From Actinomycetota bacterium (GTDB lineage Bacteria; Actinomycetota; Actinomycetes; S36-B12; UBA5976), in the NCBI GenBank assembly GCA_026392515.1, contig JAPLBY010000034.1:67692-131691 (forward strand): a stretch of DNA of 64,000 bases, written 5' to 3'. A program made the position numbers and the translations under genes. Every line of letters starts with the position of its first letter. Position 1 is the first letter of the stretch. Shown piece after piece: positions 25,468-36,700 of the stretch. The notes beneath the pieces are model-generated. The model was not told the origin of the DNA, ran no database searches, and saw only the letters and a list, made by a program, of their open reading frames with translations.

Positions 25468-26790
25468 GTGAGCGATTTATCCCAAAGTGGCATGACCCGA
25501 AGTGCTCGTATTGCGGCATTGCCAATTCGCCACGCTGGCCGACGCGCTCTTGGTCTAGGTAAGCGCTTGGGCGGAATGTCTGCCCAAGATGCCACTGCGC
25601 AAGCTCAGGCAAAGACTGCAGAACAAATCTTTAGTGTCCTTGGAGAACTCAAGGGTGGCGCTATGAAGCTAGGACAGGCGCTGAGCGTCTTTGAGTCCGT
25701 GCTTCCTGATGAAGTAGCTGGCCCGTACCGAGAATCACTTACCAAGCTGCAGGATTCCGCCCCTCCCATGGCGATCGAATCTGTACACCAAGTACTACAA
25801 GAGTCCCTCGGTGAAAACTGGCGCGAACGATTCACTTCATTTGATGACGAACCAGCTGCAGCCGCTTCAATCGGGCAAGTCCATCGCGCAGTTTGGCATG
25901 ACGGACGTGACGTAGCGGTAAAGATTCAATATCCCGGAGCATCGGGCGCGCTCTTGGCAGACCTGCAACAACTTTCTCGTTTCGGCAGATTATTTGCCGG
26001 CTTCTTCCCGGGCATTGACGTTCGAGCAATTTTGCGCGAACTTACAGATTGCGTCGCGGAAGAACTTGATTACTTGCACGAATCAAAAGTGCAGCGAAAG
26101 TTTGCAGTTGGATTCGATGGTCACCCGGATTACTTCATCCCGCACGTATTGGCTGCCGCCGAGAACGTGATTGTTACAGAATGGGTTGAAGGTAAATCCC
26201 TTGCTCGCCTAATTGAATCTGGCACACAAGAAGAACGTGATCACTTTGGAAAGATGTATCTGCGGTTCTTGCTTTCCGGACCAAGCCAGGTTGGACTTTT
26301 GCACGCCGACCCACATCCTGGAAACTTCAAAGTAATGCCAGATGGACGACTTGCAATTCTTGACTTTGGTGCAACTGCAGACCTGCCTGATGGTCTGCCA
26401 CCGGCAATGGGAACTTTGTTAAAGATTGCTCTCGTTGGGGATTCCGAATCAGTAGTGGCTGGATTGCGCGAAGAAGGCTTCATTCGTCCTGGAATTGAGT
26501 TGGATCCTCAGTCGTTACTTGATTACCTTGGACCATTCACTGAGCCAGCTCAAGTTCCGATCTTTAAGCACAATCGGGAATGGATTCGCGAACAGTTTGA
26601 ACGAACTAGTGACCCACGAAATGCAGACTGGTCAATTGGAATGAAGATTAATCTGCCCCCAAACTACGTAATGATTCATCGGGTTTGGTTAGGTAGCATC
26701 GGGGTTCTCTGCCAACTCGAATCAGAATTCTCAGTGCGCGATGAATTTGCGCAATGGGTCCCAGGCTTTGCCGAGGAAGTTAAAAGCTAA
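25468..26790 (+). CDS. ABC1/UbiB (AarF) atypical kinase family protein
   Basis: KLGQALS, AAASIGQVH, VAVKIQYPG and HADPHPGNF motifs. 440 aa. Confidence 0.9.
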   Translation: MSDLSQSGMTRSARIAALPIRHAGRRALGLGKRLGGMSAQDATAQAQAKTAEQIFSVLGELKGGAMKLGQALSVFESVLPDEVAGPYRESLTKLQDSAPPMAIESVHQVLQESLGENWRERFTSFDDEPAAAASIGQVHRAVWHDGRDVAVKIQYPGASGALLADLQQLSRFGRLFAGFFPGIDVRAILRELTDCVAEELDYLHESKVQRKFAVGFDGHPDYFIPHVLAAAENVIVTEWVEGKSLARLIESGTQEERDHFGKMYLRFLLSGPSQVGLLHADPHPGNFKVMPDGRLAILDFGATADLPDGLPPAMGTLLKIALVGDSESVVAGLREEGFIRPGIELDPQSLLDYLGPFTEPAQVPIFKHNREWIREQFERTSDPRNADWSIGMKINLPPNYVMIHRVWLGSIGVLCQLESEFSVRDEFAQWVPGFAEEVKS

Positions 26791-28475
26791 AACTTTAAGT
26801 CGCGCAACAGTGTGGACTGCTCGCGATATCCCTTGCCATCGGTATGGCGAGACTTTGCCCAAGAAATGCTCAAATGAGTTTTTGCTCTTGTCATTGCCAC
26901 GTAAAGCAATCGACGTTCCTCATTGAACTCAGTGGCCGTTGTGGCGTGAGAAATCGGAAGTAAGCCTTCGCTTACGCCGGCTATGAATACGGCTTCCCAC
27001 TCCAAACCCTTAGCGGCGTGAATTGATGCCAGAGTTACCGCATTCGCACTTGGCGCAAATTCCATTTCACTTCGTAAATCCAACGACTTAACGAAGTCTG
27101 GGAGTTGTGCAGTTGAATCTTTGGCTTGAAGTTCGTCAGCTAGGTCAACGATTGTGTTTAGGGACTCCCAAGTTTCCCGAGCTGCTCGCCCACTATCTGG
27201 AGCCTGGGCTCGCCAACCTACAGAACTCAAGATGTCTCGGACCGTTTCGGTCATGGCCTTGGTTCCAGTTACATGTAAGCCAGCACGCAGATTTAACAAA
27301 GCATTCTTAACTTCAGCACGTTCAAAGAATCTCTCAGCGCCTCGTAACGAGATTGGCACTCCTAATGCGCTTAACTCTGCTTCGAAGATTTCAGACTGAC
27401 TATTGATTCGATACAGCACAGCAATATCTCTAGGTGCAATGCCTTTAGCGATAAGTTCCAAAATCTGCTGTCCGATTAATCTGGCTTCTTCTTCATCATT
27501 TGCATACGAAGTTAGGCTCACGTTTGGACCTTTACCGCGCTGCGATTTCAGTCGAACTGGACTAGTTGCATCCTTAGCAAGGACCTGATTCGCGACGGCA
27601 ACAATTGGTTCAGTGCTTCGGTAGGAATGGCTCAATTGAAAATCTTGGGTGCGGGCAAAGTGGGACTTGAAATCAATTAAGTACTTAGAAGTTGCACACG
27701 AGAATGAGTAGATAGTTTGAGCCGGATCGCCAACAACGCAAACGTCATCTCGGTCTCCGAGCCAAAGACTGAGTAACTCAAATTGGACGGGGCTAACGTC
27801 CTGGAACTCATCGACGGTGAAATGTCGATATTGCTTGCGTACTGCATTAGCCATCTCTGGATAGTTTTCCATCATCGCAGTCGTCAAAAGAAGTACGTCT
27901 TCGAAATCCATGGCGTGCGCTTCATCGAGACGGGTTAAGTAAGCTTCGAAAACTTTGGAAACCTTTTCAATGGTTAGGTCGCCACTTAGGTCGCGTCTAA
28001 CTTGAACCGCTTTTTCGCGATAAGCATCTGGCGAAAGAATGTTTACTTTCGCCCATTCAATCTCGGCTGCCAGATCTCGAATTGAATCTTTGTCATTTGC
28101 TACTCGACAAAGTGTTGCTGCATCTGCAACGAAGCGAAATTTGCTAGGCATTAAATCTGGCAGGCTGGAATTGAAGAATTGCGGATAAAAGAATCTAAGT
28201 TGTCTTAACGCTGCGCTATGAAAAGTTCGAACTTGAACTCCAGAGACTCCAAGTTGTCCTAACCGATTTCTCAGTTCGCCGGCAGCTCTCGTTGTAAATG
28301 TGACGGCTAAAGTTTGGCTTGGATCATGGACACCACTTTCCACTGCATGCGCAATGCGATGGGTAATGGTTCGAGTTTTGCCTGTGCCCGCTCCAGCGAA
28401 AATCGCTACTGGTCCAGAGACGCATTCCGCAGCAGCACGTTGCTGGTCGTCGAGGGCGTCAAGAATGTCAGGCAC
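26787..28475 (-). CDS. uvrD2: UvrD/PcrA-type SF1 DNA helicase, UvrD2-like but ending after motif VI
   Basis: AGAGTGKTRTITHRIA (Walker A), VDEFQDVS, VGDPAQTIYSF and LLYVAMTRAK. 562 aa. Synteny with ABC1, mycoredoxin and nudC as at Rv3197-Rv3199c. Confidence 0.85.
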   Translation of the reverse strand: MPDILDALDDQQRAAAECVSGPVAIFAGAGTGKTRTITHRIAHAVESGVHDPSQTLAVTFTTRAAGELRNRLGQLGVSGVQVRTFHSAALRQLRFFYPQFFNSSLPDLMPSKFRFVADAATLCRVANDKDSIRDLAAEIEWAKVNILSPDAYREKAVQVRRDLSGDLTIEKVSKVFEAYLTRLDEAHAMDFEDVLLLTTAMMENYPEMANAVRKQYRHFTVDEFQDVSPVQFELLSLWLGDRDDVCVVGDPAQTIYSFSCATSKYLIDFKSHFARTQDFQLSHSYRSTEPIVAVANQVLAKDATSPVRLKSQRGKGPNVSLTSYANDEEEARLIGQQILELIAKGIAPRDIAVLYRINSQSEIFEAELSALGVPISLRGAERFFERAEVKNALLNLRAGLHVTGTKAMTETVRDILSSVGWRAQAPDSGRAARETWESLNTIVDLADELQAKDSTAQLPDFVKSLDLRSEMEFAPSANAVTLASIHAAKGLEWEAVFIAGVSEGLLPISHATTATEFNEERRLLYVAMTRAKTHLSISWAKSRHTDGKGYREQSTLLRDLKF

Positions 28476-28536
28476 TGCCCTATTGTGCCAAGCCCCTACG
28501 ACAGTCCCCTAAGGGACGTCATACGTATCTGCAGGT

Positions 28537-28779
28537 TTATAGACCTAGCAGGGTTTTAACTTCACCAATGCTGGGATTTGTCCGTGTTGAACCGTCTGGG
28601 AAAACCAAAGTAGGAACTACAGCATTGCCACCATTGACTCCCATTACGAAGTCCGCAGCCGTCGGATCCTGCTCGATATCGATCTCGTTGTATTCGATAC
28701 CTTCGCGGCCCATTTGAGCTTTTAAGCGCTGACAGTAGCCACACCATGGTGTGCTGTACATAGTTACTTTTTCACTCAT
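28537..28779 (-). CDS. Mycoredoxin / glutaredoxin-like protein
   Basis: 80 aa. TMYSTPWCGYCQRLK active site, as in mycoredoxin-1. Confidence 0.88.
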   Translation of the reverse strand: MSEKVTMYSTPWCGYCQRLKAQMGREGIEYNEIDIEQDPTAADFVMGVNGGNAVVPTLVFPDGSTRTNPSIGEVKTLLGL

Positions 28780-28805
28780 GACTTCTCCGTACTCGGTTTA
28801 ACTAA

Positions 28806-29756
28806 TTAACTTCGACACCACTTGATTGGTATGTCATTACCGTACCAAGACTGAATAAGTCTAAATGCGATAGACACTGGACTTGGCAGTTTGAGAGTTT
28901 GGGCTTCACAGGCAGCAGACAATTCGTCTCGAGAGAACCATTGCACTTCGGTCATTTCTTCGTCGTGCATTTCCACTTCAGTGCTGGTTGCAACTGCGCG
29001 GTACGCCAGCATCAACGAAGCCGGGAAAGGCCACGGTTGTGAGCCCATGTATTTAAGTGACTGCAGATCTACATGAATTCCAGATTCTTCGTAGACCTCG
29101 CGAATCACTGCGGCTTCACACGACTCACCAGCTTCAACAAATCCAGCCAAAGTTGAAAGCCAACCTTCTGGCCATTCGCGGCGGCGTCCAAGCAAGATGC
29201 GTCCAGCTAAATCTTCAACGGCAACAATCATCGCTGGTTCGGTTCGAGGATAGTGCTCAGAATCATGCACATTACATTTGCGAGACCAGCCTGCCATTGC
29301 AACTTCAGTCTTGGCTCCACACTTTGGACAGAACTGGTGTCCTTCGTGCCAAGCAGCTAGTGCGATTGCGGCAGTTGCAAGACCGACATCTTTGGCAGAA
29401 AGTGCCGCGCCAACATCACGCAGGCTTGCCCAAGTGACATCTGTTAAGCCAACTTCATCTTCCATGATTGCGATGTAGGTGTGATCATCATCAGCACCCA
29501 AGAAAACGGCAACCTGCTTCGCATCAGAGTGGGACATCTTTAGTGACCACGGTTTAACCCAAACAATAGAAAGTTCATCGGTAACTGGAATGTTTCGATC
29601 GTGAAGCACTAAAACTCGAGTGTTTTCGGATGCCCAAGCTTGGTCAAACCATTGTGGATTAGCCCGCAATTCCGCCAAGCGATCAACAGTGAATCGCGCT
29701 AACGGTAAATCGTTCATTAAGGAGTCCACAAATAGCGATCTTACGCGCTTGCGCAT
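28806..29756 (-). CDS. nudC: NAD(+) diphosphatase (NADH pyrophosphatase, Nudix)
   Basis: Zinc ribbon CPKCG...C.VH, Nudix box GFVEAGESCEAAVIREVYEESG and SQPWPFP. The start may instead be the internal Met at 29717. Confidence 0.88.
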   Translation of the reverse strand: MRKRVRSLFVDSLMNDLPLARFTVDRLAELRANPQWFDQAWASENTRVLVLHDRNIPVTDELSIVWVKPWSLKMSHSDAKQVAVFLGADDDHTYIAIMEDEVGLTDVTWASLRDVGAALSAKDVGLATAAIALAAWHEGHQFCPKCGAKTEVAMAGWSRKCNVHDSEHYPRTEPAMIVAVEDLAGRILLGRRREWPEGWLSTLAGFVEAGESCEAAVIREVYEESGIHVDLQSLKYMGSQPWPFPASLMLAYRAVATSTEVEMHDEEMTEVQWFSRDELSAACEAQTLKLPSPVSIAFRLIQSWYGNDIPIKWCRS

Positions 29757-29767
29757 AGTCTGCAGAT

Positions 29768-30577
29768 ATGAGAGTTGTTACGTGGAATTTGCTACATGGA
29801 ATCGCCTTGGTAGATCCACTGGAAGCCCCTAGCCTGGCGCAGGTTGCAGGTTCAATAACTGCGGATCTGATCAGTTTGCAAGAAGTAGATAGGCATCAAG
29901 AGCGAAGCAACTATGAACACCAAACAAAGATTGTTGCTGATGCCATGGGACTTCCATATTGGGTTTTTGCTCCAGCAATTACTGGCACACCTGGCGAATC
30001 CTGGGAAGGTGCAACTGACTCTCATATTCACACGCATGAACATTCCGAGTCTGGTCAGGAACAACCACATTACGGCGTTGGCTTAGCTTCGCGTTATCCA
30101 ATCTCCAACATTGAAGTCCTGCGATTTAAAGCAGCGCCGATTTCGCTACCGCTTCTAGTGCCAAGTAATCCACGGCCTCGAATGATTAAGGTTGCCGACG
30201 AGCCACGGGTAGCGATCATTGCTGACGTTGAAACCCCACTTGGGACATTCACAGTTGCAACAACTCACTTGAGTTTTGTTCCTGGCTTTAACGTTAAACA
30301 GCTTCGCCAACTTACAAAGCAGCTAAGTGAGCGGAAGAATCCCGTCCTGATATTTGGTGACTTTAACTTGCCAGGAAAACTTGCCAAGTTTGTTTCGCGT
30401 TGGGACAGTCTTGCCGAGTTACCGACTTATCCAACTTTCAAGCCAAGAATTCAGTTCGATCACATCATCGCTCGAGGATTGAGTGACGTATCAATTAAGC
30501 AAGCTCAGGAATCAGCTGAAGTATTGCAGTTACCGATTAGCGATCACTGCGCACTTGTAGTCGAAGTTACGAAATAA
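29768..30577 (+). CDS. Endonuclease/exonuclease/phosphatase (EEP) family protein
   Basis: VVTWNLLHG ... SLQEVD ... GDFN ... SDHCAL, typical of EEP. Confidence 0.85.
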   Translation: MRVVTWNLLHGIALVDPLEAPSLAQVAGSITADLISLQEVDRHQERSNYEHQTKIVADAMGLPYWVFAPAITGTPGESWEGATDSHIHTHEHSESGQEQPHYGVGLASRYPISNIEVLRFKAAPISLPLLVPSNPRPRMIKVADEPRVAIIADVETPLGTFTVATTHLSFVPGFNVKQLRQLTKQLSERKNPVLIFGDFNLPGKLAKFVSRWDSLAELPTYPTFKPRIQFDHIIARGLSDVSIKQAQESAEVLQLPISDHCALVVEVTK

Positions 30578-33500
30578 GTTCCGCTAACTCTTCAAGTGAC
30601 AATAAGTTTGTCGGCAAAGTTACTTCTTGATCTGCCACGTAGTAAAAGACTGCTTGAATCTGATCTGGATTAACACCCAGAGTTAGGGCTGCTGCTTGTC
30701 GGTAGATGGACAACTGCAAATCATTAGCTGATCCAGGTTTTCCAGTTTTCCAATCAACTACTAGCCAACGGTCTTTTGCCGAGGGATCGTCCAATGTGCC
30801 TGTGAACAAAGCGTCCATTCGACCACGTAGGGTTCGCCCTCCCAGTACTAACGCAAATGGGAGTTCGAGTGAAGATGGGTTTCGATCCACGAATGGGCCC
30901 GATTCAAATGCTGACTTAAGCGCTTGAAGTTGTTCGTCTGAATAGATTTCGTCATCCATCGCGCCGGCGAGCATCTCAGTATCAATCAAAGTCCGACGAC
31001 CATAAAAAGTTTCCACCCAAGAATGGAAGGTAATTCCTCGATCTGCCGCACTTGATGGTTGGCGTGGCATTGGTCGAACTAGTGACTTCAAGAAAACTTC
31101 TTCATTGGTATTCAAAGCTATTAACTGGCTAGCCGATAGCGAGGCAGGAAGTCGAACCAATCTCTCAACAGATTCATATTGGCTGGCTTGCAAAACCAAA
31201 GCGTCGATATCTTGTTGCCATGACTCAACCAAAGTAATCTCTTGATCGCTCAGTCCTGATTGATCATGTAACTCAAGCACAGCAGACTTAACAAGTTGCG
31301 CTTCGCGCTGGATTGCCTGTCGCTGAGTGGAGTCGACTTTAACTGGCCAAGTTAAGTACTGCACATCAGCGAGTAACGGATTAGTGGCATCTGGGTCTGG
31401 AGTTTCGGCCCAAACACCTGGCTGAGTGGCGCCTTCGTGCAAGTCGATCAAGAAGGCACTTGGTCCGCGCATCTTTGATTGCGTTGGACCCCACCAAGAT
31501 CCGCTGGCAATAACTTTTTGTTCGGCACGGGTAATGGCAACGTAGGCCAACCGACGTTCATCAATTGTGGCAAGCTCGCCAGCAGCAGTTGTGAATGCCT
31601 TGAAGTCCACACCACGAGGTCCGACCGGACCTGGGAATTCTGGCAACAACGGATTAATTGGCGCGCCAAGGGCATCCGATGGAATGCGAAAAGCATTCTT
31701 TGGCCAATGCCGATCTTTAGGAGTGGAAGGGAAAACACCAACCGTGAGATCTGGAACTACCACGATTGGAAACTCCAAGCCCTTGGATTTGTGAATCGAC
31801 ATCACAATTACTGCATTGTCACTAAGTGTGACATCGGCTTCGACAAGTGAATTGAATCTTTGTCCAGTGCGCAAATATTCCAAGAACGCACCGACGCTCG
31901 AGTCACCTTCAAGGTTTCTAAAGTTGCCAGCCAAGTCAATCAAGGCCGCTAGTCGATCAAAGTGCGTGGAACCTTCTGGGGAATTGACCACCATGGCTTC
32001 AATGCCAATTCCAGTGACCCGAATGATTCGTGAAATCAAATCAATTGCCGACTCATTACAAAACTTTCGTAGCATGCGAAGTTGTGATGCCAATTCAACT
32101 AGCCGAACTCTAGCCTCAGGCGAATAAGGCAAGGACTCGTCTTCACCTACAAGTTCTAGGGCATCCAGCAAGCTAACGCGTTGGGACTTATCAACTGCCG
32201 AAACGATGTGATCGAGTTGAACGTCAATTGGCATTTCGGGTGTGACATCGACGCGAACTAATTCCGATGCATGTCGGCCAAGAATTGCCAGATCGCGAGA
32301 TCCAATTTGCCAGCGCGGGCTAAGCAAGATTCTGGCAAGCGCAGTATTTGCAGTTGGATCGTAGATCGCTTCTAAGTAGCTAACGACTTCACGAACTTCC
32401 GGCAGATTTACTAGCGCTCCCGGATCAACAACCTGGACTGGTATTCCCTTGGCCTCAAGTGCGTTGACGTAATACTGCGCATTCTTCTTCTCGCGCAAAA
32501 GAACTGCTACTTCATTCCAACTTTTAACTGGCTTGATCTTTGCAATCTGCTCAGCTACCCAATCAACTTCATCGGTAAAAGTTGGAAGTAAAGCAGTGTG
32601 AATTTCGCCAGCTGGCTTTGCATCATCAGCGGTGACCAGCTCCACAATCTCAGGATGTATTTCCCGCAACTTGTTACTCAAAGAGTTTGCTGCGGTCAAG
32701 ATGTTTTCTCCAGAACGACGGTTCGCCGTCAACTTATAAATTTGGGCTGGCTCCCAATTTCCTGCTAACTCACGCGGGAAGTCAGCTTTAAAGTTTTCCA
32801 TGTTGGTGATCTCAGCACCGCGCCAACCGTAAATTGCTTGGCATGGGTCACCGACTGCCATAACTGGATGTCCGTCACCAAAAAGTTCCTGCAACAAAAC
32901 CTTCTGCGACAAAGATGTGTCTTGATATTCATCCAGCAAGACCACATGAAATTGATCTTTCAGAATATCCCGCATAGCTTGCGAGTTTTGCGCAGCCTGT
33001 GCAGCAAGACGAATTTGATCTGCGTAATCGATTACATCGTTAGTAATCTTTGCTTGCCGGAAATCCATTACCAACTTGGCAAGTTCAATTCGTTTCTTAC
33101 AGGTTTTGATCATGTCATGCGTAAGTTCTTGCTTCTTTTCAATGCTTTGCAGGCCAACTAATCTCTGGATATCACTTTCGATAATCAGATTTGGGTCTAC
33201 CAAATAGTTTGAGCACTGCTCATCGAGTTTTAACAGCTCGGTAACTGCGGTAGTTGGGCTGTAGCCAAGGCCGCCCAAGTCATAGTGCGATTGGCAAACC
33301 ACTCGCATAGCTAATTGATATCGCGTGGCATCAACGACAACACGAGCATCCGGCTCGAGCCCCAAGCGAAGAGCATGCTCTTTAAGTAGCCGTGAGCCAA
33401 ATGCGTTGTAGGTGGATATAACTGGTTCGCCCAAATCTGCGTGCGCAGATTCATCAGGTAAGTACTTGAGTGCTGCTGGTAAAAAGCTTCGAACTCGAGT

Positions 33501-33734
33501 CAATAATTCGTTCGCTGCCTTGATAGTAAAGGTCAGCCCAAGAATTCGATCTGGCGCAACCTGCTGGGTCATGATCAGCCAAGCAATTCGTCCAGCCATA
33601 ACCGTGGTTTTTCCAGTGCCGGCTCCCGCAACAATCATGCTTGGTTCTAGCGGAGAAACTATGGCTGCTAATTGTTCGGCACTTGGGTTAAACCCAAGGA
33701 CTTTTGTTAAGTCAGATGTTGTGATTTCTTTCAT
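30567..33734 (-). CDS. adnB: AdnB-like helicase-nuclease subunit (UvrD-like motor plus RecB-type nuclease)
   Basis: AGAGTGKT, LLDEYQDTS and C-terminal GRMDAL...VVDWKTGK nuclease motif. 1055 aa. Downstream partner of adnA. Confidence 0.88.
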   Translation of the reverse strand: MKEITTSDLTKVLGFNPSAEQLAAIVSPLEPSMIVAGAGTGKTTVMAGRIAWLIMTQQVAPDRILGLTFTIKAANELLTRVRSFLPAALKYLPDESAHADLGEPVISTYNAFGSRLLKEHALRLGLEPDARVVVDATRYQLAMRVVCQSHYDLGGLGYSPTTAVTELLKLDEQCSNYLVDPNLIIESDIQRLVGLQSIEKKQELTHDMIKTCKKRIELAKLVMDFRQAKITNDVIDYADQIRLAAQAAQNSQAMRDILKDQFHVVLLDEYQDTSLSQKVLLQELFGDGHPVMAVGDPCQAIYGWRGAEITNMENFKADFPRELAGNWEPAQIYKLTANRRSGENILTAANSLSNKLREIHPEIVELVTADDAKPAGEIHTALLPTFTDEVDWVAEQIAKIKPVKSWNEVAVLLREKKNAQYYVNALEAKGIPVQVVDPGALVNLPEVREVVSYLEAIYDPTANTALARILLSPRWQIGSRDLAILGRHASELVRVDVTPEMPIDVQLDHIVSAVDKSQRVSLLDALELVGEDESLPYSPEARVRLVELASQLRMLRKFCNESAIDLISRIIRVTGIGIEAMVVNSPEGSTHFDRLAALIDLAGNFRNLEGDSSVGAFLEYLRTGQRFNSLVEADVTLSDNAVIVMSIHKSKGLEFPIVVVPDLTVGVFPSTPKDRHWPKNAFRIPSDALGAPINPLLPEFPGPVGPRGVDFKAFTTAAGELATIDERRLAYVAITRAEQKVIASGSWWGPTQSKMRGPSAFLIDLHEGATQPGVWAETPDPDATNPLLADVQYLTWPVKVDSTQRQAIQREAQLVKSAVLELHDQSGLSDQEITLVESWQQDIDALVLQASQYESVERLVRLPASLSASQLIALNTNEEVFLKSLVRPMPRQPSSAADRGITFHSWVETFYGRRTLIDTEMLAGAMDDEIYSDEQLQALKSAFESGPFVDRNPSSLELPFALVLGGRTLRGRMDALFTGTLDDPSAKDRWLVVDWKTGKPGSANDLQLSIYRQAAALTLGVNPDQIQAVFYYVADQEVTLPTNLLSLEELAELIS

Positions 33735-36700
33735 GACAACACCTGCTTACCTTCAGGTGTTGCTGGACACAAAGTTCGCACCTTACACAACTTGCACTTT
33801 TGATCTTCGTAGCGTGCTTCGTATCGCTCGTCTAGCACTACTAAAGCTGCTTGGCCGATTCTTTGTTCTAGCCCGATCGTTGAATTCTCGTCATGCGTCT
33901 CTGGCGAAACTTGCTGAACCAATGCCAAGTCTGCATTGTCTTTTTCACCAACACGTAATTGAACTAAAGCAGCGCCTTTGACTGGTTGTTCAGATTCGCG
34001 CGAAACTTCTTCACCAGCTTTTGTGAAGTTTCCGTTTTCTAAAAGGTAGGTGTAGAGCGCTAGCTGGACGTCCTTGAACAAATCCTTGATCTTCTTGGCA
34101 TCTTTACTTGTCTTGAAATCAAAAATCATGATTCCGTCTTCGGTGAATTCAATCCGATCTGCTCGACCTGTAATTGCTAAATCCACATCACGTGAAGAGC
34201 CATCAGGACTTTCGACTGCAATCTTCGTTTTCCAAGAAAGTCCAGATTCGGTAATGCTTACTTGATCTTTGTGTTCGAGCATCCAAGTTAAGAGGCGAAC
34301 TGATGCATCATGGGCTGAATTTCGCTCTCGTGAACTTTCCCACTCTGCCTCATATCCCATGCCAGGCCAGAGGCGATCAAGCTGATCGTCGATTGCAGAA
34401 ATGTCGTAAGCAAGTTCACCCGATGACAAACCTTGCGCAATTGCGTGCAGTGCGTTTCCAAAAATCATTGGTGTTGCAGACTGGGAAAGCGCATTTAGTT
34501 TTCGTTCTAAGAACCACTGCGCTGGGCAATGTTCTATCGAAGTAATTCCGGATGCTGAAATTGAAACCTGAGAGTTAGCTGGGCGCTGGTTTTGTGTTGG
34601 CTCCAGCACACCCCACCATTTGTCTGGGTCGGCATGGAAAAACAGTGAGCCATGCGTTTTGTGAAGCTGAGCCAACTTGTTAGCTGCCGCAAGCTTCAAT
34701 GCTTGAGAAGACTCAGGAGAGCTAAGTGTGCGGCGCAAATTCGCAATCACACCCTCTGGACTTAATGGTCGTTTTGGACGTCCCGATGTATGCAAGATTT
34801 CAATTTGTGGCATCGCAGTGACGATGTCGGTTATGAATCTGGTTGGAGCAACACCGTCATCTCGCACTGAAGTATCGGTAGCCGTAATCAAAAGGGTTTG
34901 CATGGCTCGAGTTAGTGCCACATAAAACAAGCGTCGCTCTTGGGCCAAAAGTTCCCGCATCGTGAGCGGCATTAATTCCAAATTCGGCCCAATGCGATCT
35001 GATTGCAGCAAACTTTGATGTTGGCGAAGATCTGGCCAAAGTTCTTCTTGAGCGCCGGCAACAACTACATACTTCCACTGCAAGCCCTTGGAGCGATGCG
35101 CAGTTAGAAGTCGTACTGAATCGTTGCGAACGTCGTTTTCGGCCAATGCCTCAGCTGGAATCTCTTGCGCTTCAATTTCATCCAAGAAGTTAGTTAAGTC
35201 TTTACCTCTACCGCGAGCCACAAATCGATTCGCAAGATCAAATAGTGAGCAGATGGCATCCAAGTCTCGATGAGCTCGCGTGCTTGGCGTGCCAAAACCG
35301 AGAGCTTGCTCTTGTAGTCGAGTTGGCCAAGAAGTGCCCTGCCAGATACTCCATAGGACTTCATGCGGACTAGCACCCGACTGCATAAGCTTTCGGGCTG
35401 CTATTAAAACTGTGCCAATTTTTTGGATCGCAGCAACTACTGAATCGTGTCTGCCAGGAGGGACGTCAAGCAACAACTTTGGATCGAGTAGTGACTCGCC
35501 AATTAACACCAGTGCTGGGCGTGGTGCATGCTCGGTAGTTCGATCCTTCATTCGCAAGTAACTGCCAAATCGTCGCAAGTCAACGGGATCAATTGCAGCG
35601 AGCGGACCACTTAACAAATCAGCAACTACATCAACCGTGGCATGGCGTGGGTTGTCAGTTATGCGCAGCGCAGTAACTAGCGGTGCGACAGCGGGATCTT
35701 GATGTAGCGGGATTTCATCTGCTGCAACTTCAACTGGAATTCCAGCAGCAACAAATGCCCGGTAAATCGTTGGAATTGAGACAACTGCAGATCGAACAAT
35801 CACGGCAAAGTCCGACCACTGCAAGTTTTCATTTGCATGCGCTCGAGCAATCATGTCTGCGATGTGTGATGCCTCTGCGCCAGGTGAATCAAAGGTTCTT
35901 ACCTTTAGTTCCCCAACATTTTCGGAAATACACTTTGGATTTCGATGCTTATGTATATCAACGGAGTTGAAACCAGCGGGCACGCGATCACCAATAACAG
36001 CGCTGGCAGCGGATCGAATCTGCGCGCCAAATCGTCGGCAAGTTGAGAGCACAACATTCTCTACTGGTTTTCCAAATACCGATTCAAATTCCTGTTCAAA
36101 ATTTCTGATCCCAGCTTCGTCTGCACCACGAAATCCATAAATTGCCTGATCGACATCGCCAACAACCACTAATGCGCTATCAACATTGACCATCGCTTTT
36201 AGTAATGCAACTTGGCCTGGGTCCGTGTCTTGGTATTCGTCAACATAAATCGCACTGAATGTTTTGTGTAAATACTCTTGAACATCAGGTCGATGACTTA
36301 ACAAAACTGCGCGATGAATCAATTCGGAATAATCCAAAACGCCTTCGGCATCTAATACATCTAAATACTCGTCCATGAACACACCAATGGATGCCCAAGT
36401 CTGTCTACCAGTTTTGTTTCCAAGGTTTACTAAATCTGCCGGGTCCATGATGTGTGATCGAGTTCGAGACATCACCGCGCGAATTTCTTCGGCTAATCCC
36501 CGGGTGCCAACTGCTGGCATTAAGTCCGCAGGCCAATTCAGTCGTTGGTCAGCGATCGCATCTGCAAACAGCTGTCGGGAGCGAACCTGTTGTTCCGGGC
36601 CAGATAAAAGTCGAGTTGCTGAAATGTAAGCCTCGTCAGATTGGAACTGTCTGACTAACGCGTAACAAAATGAATGGAATGTGCTAACTAGCGGAACCAC

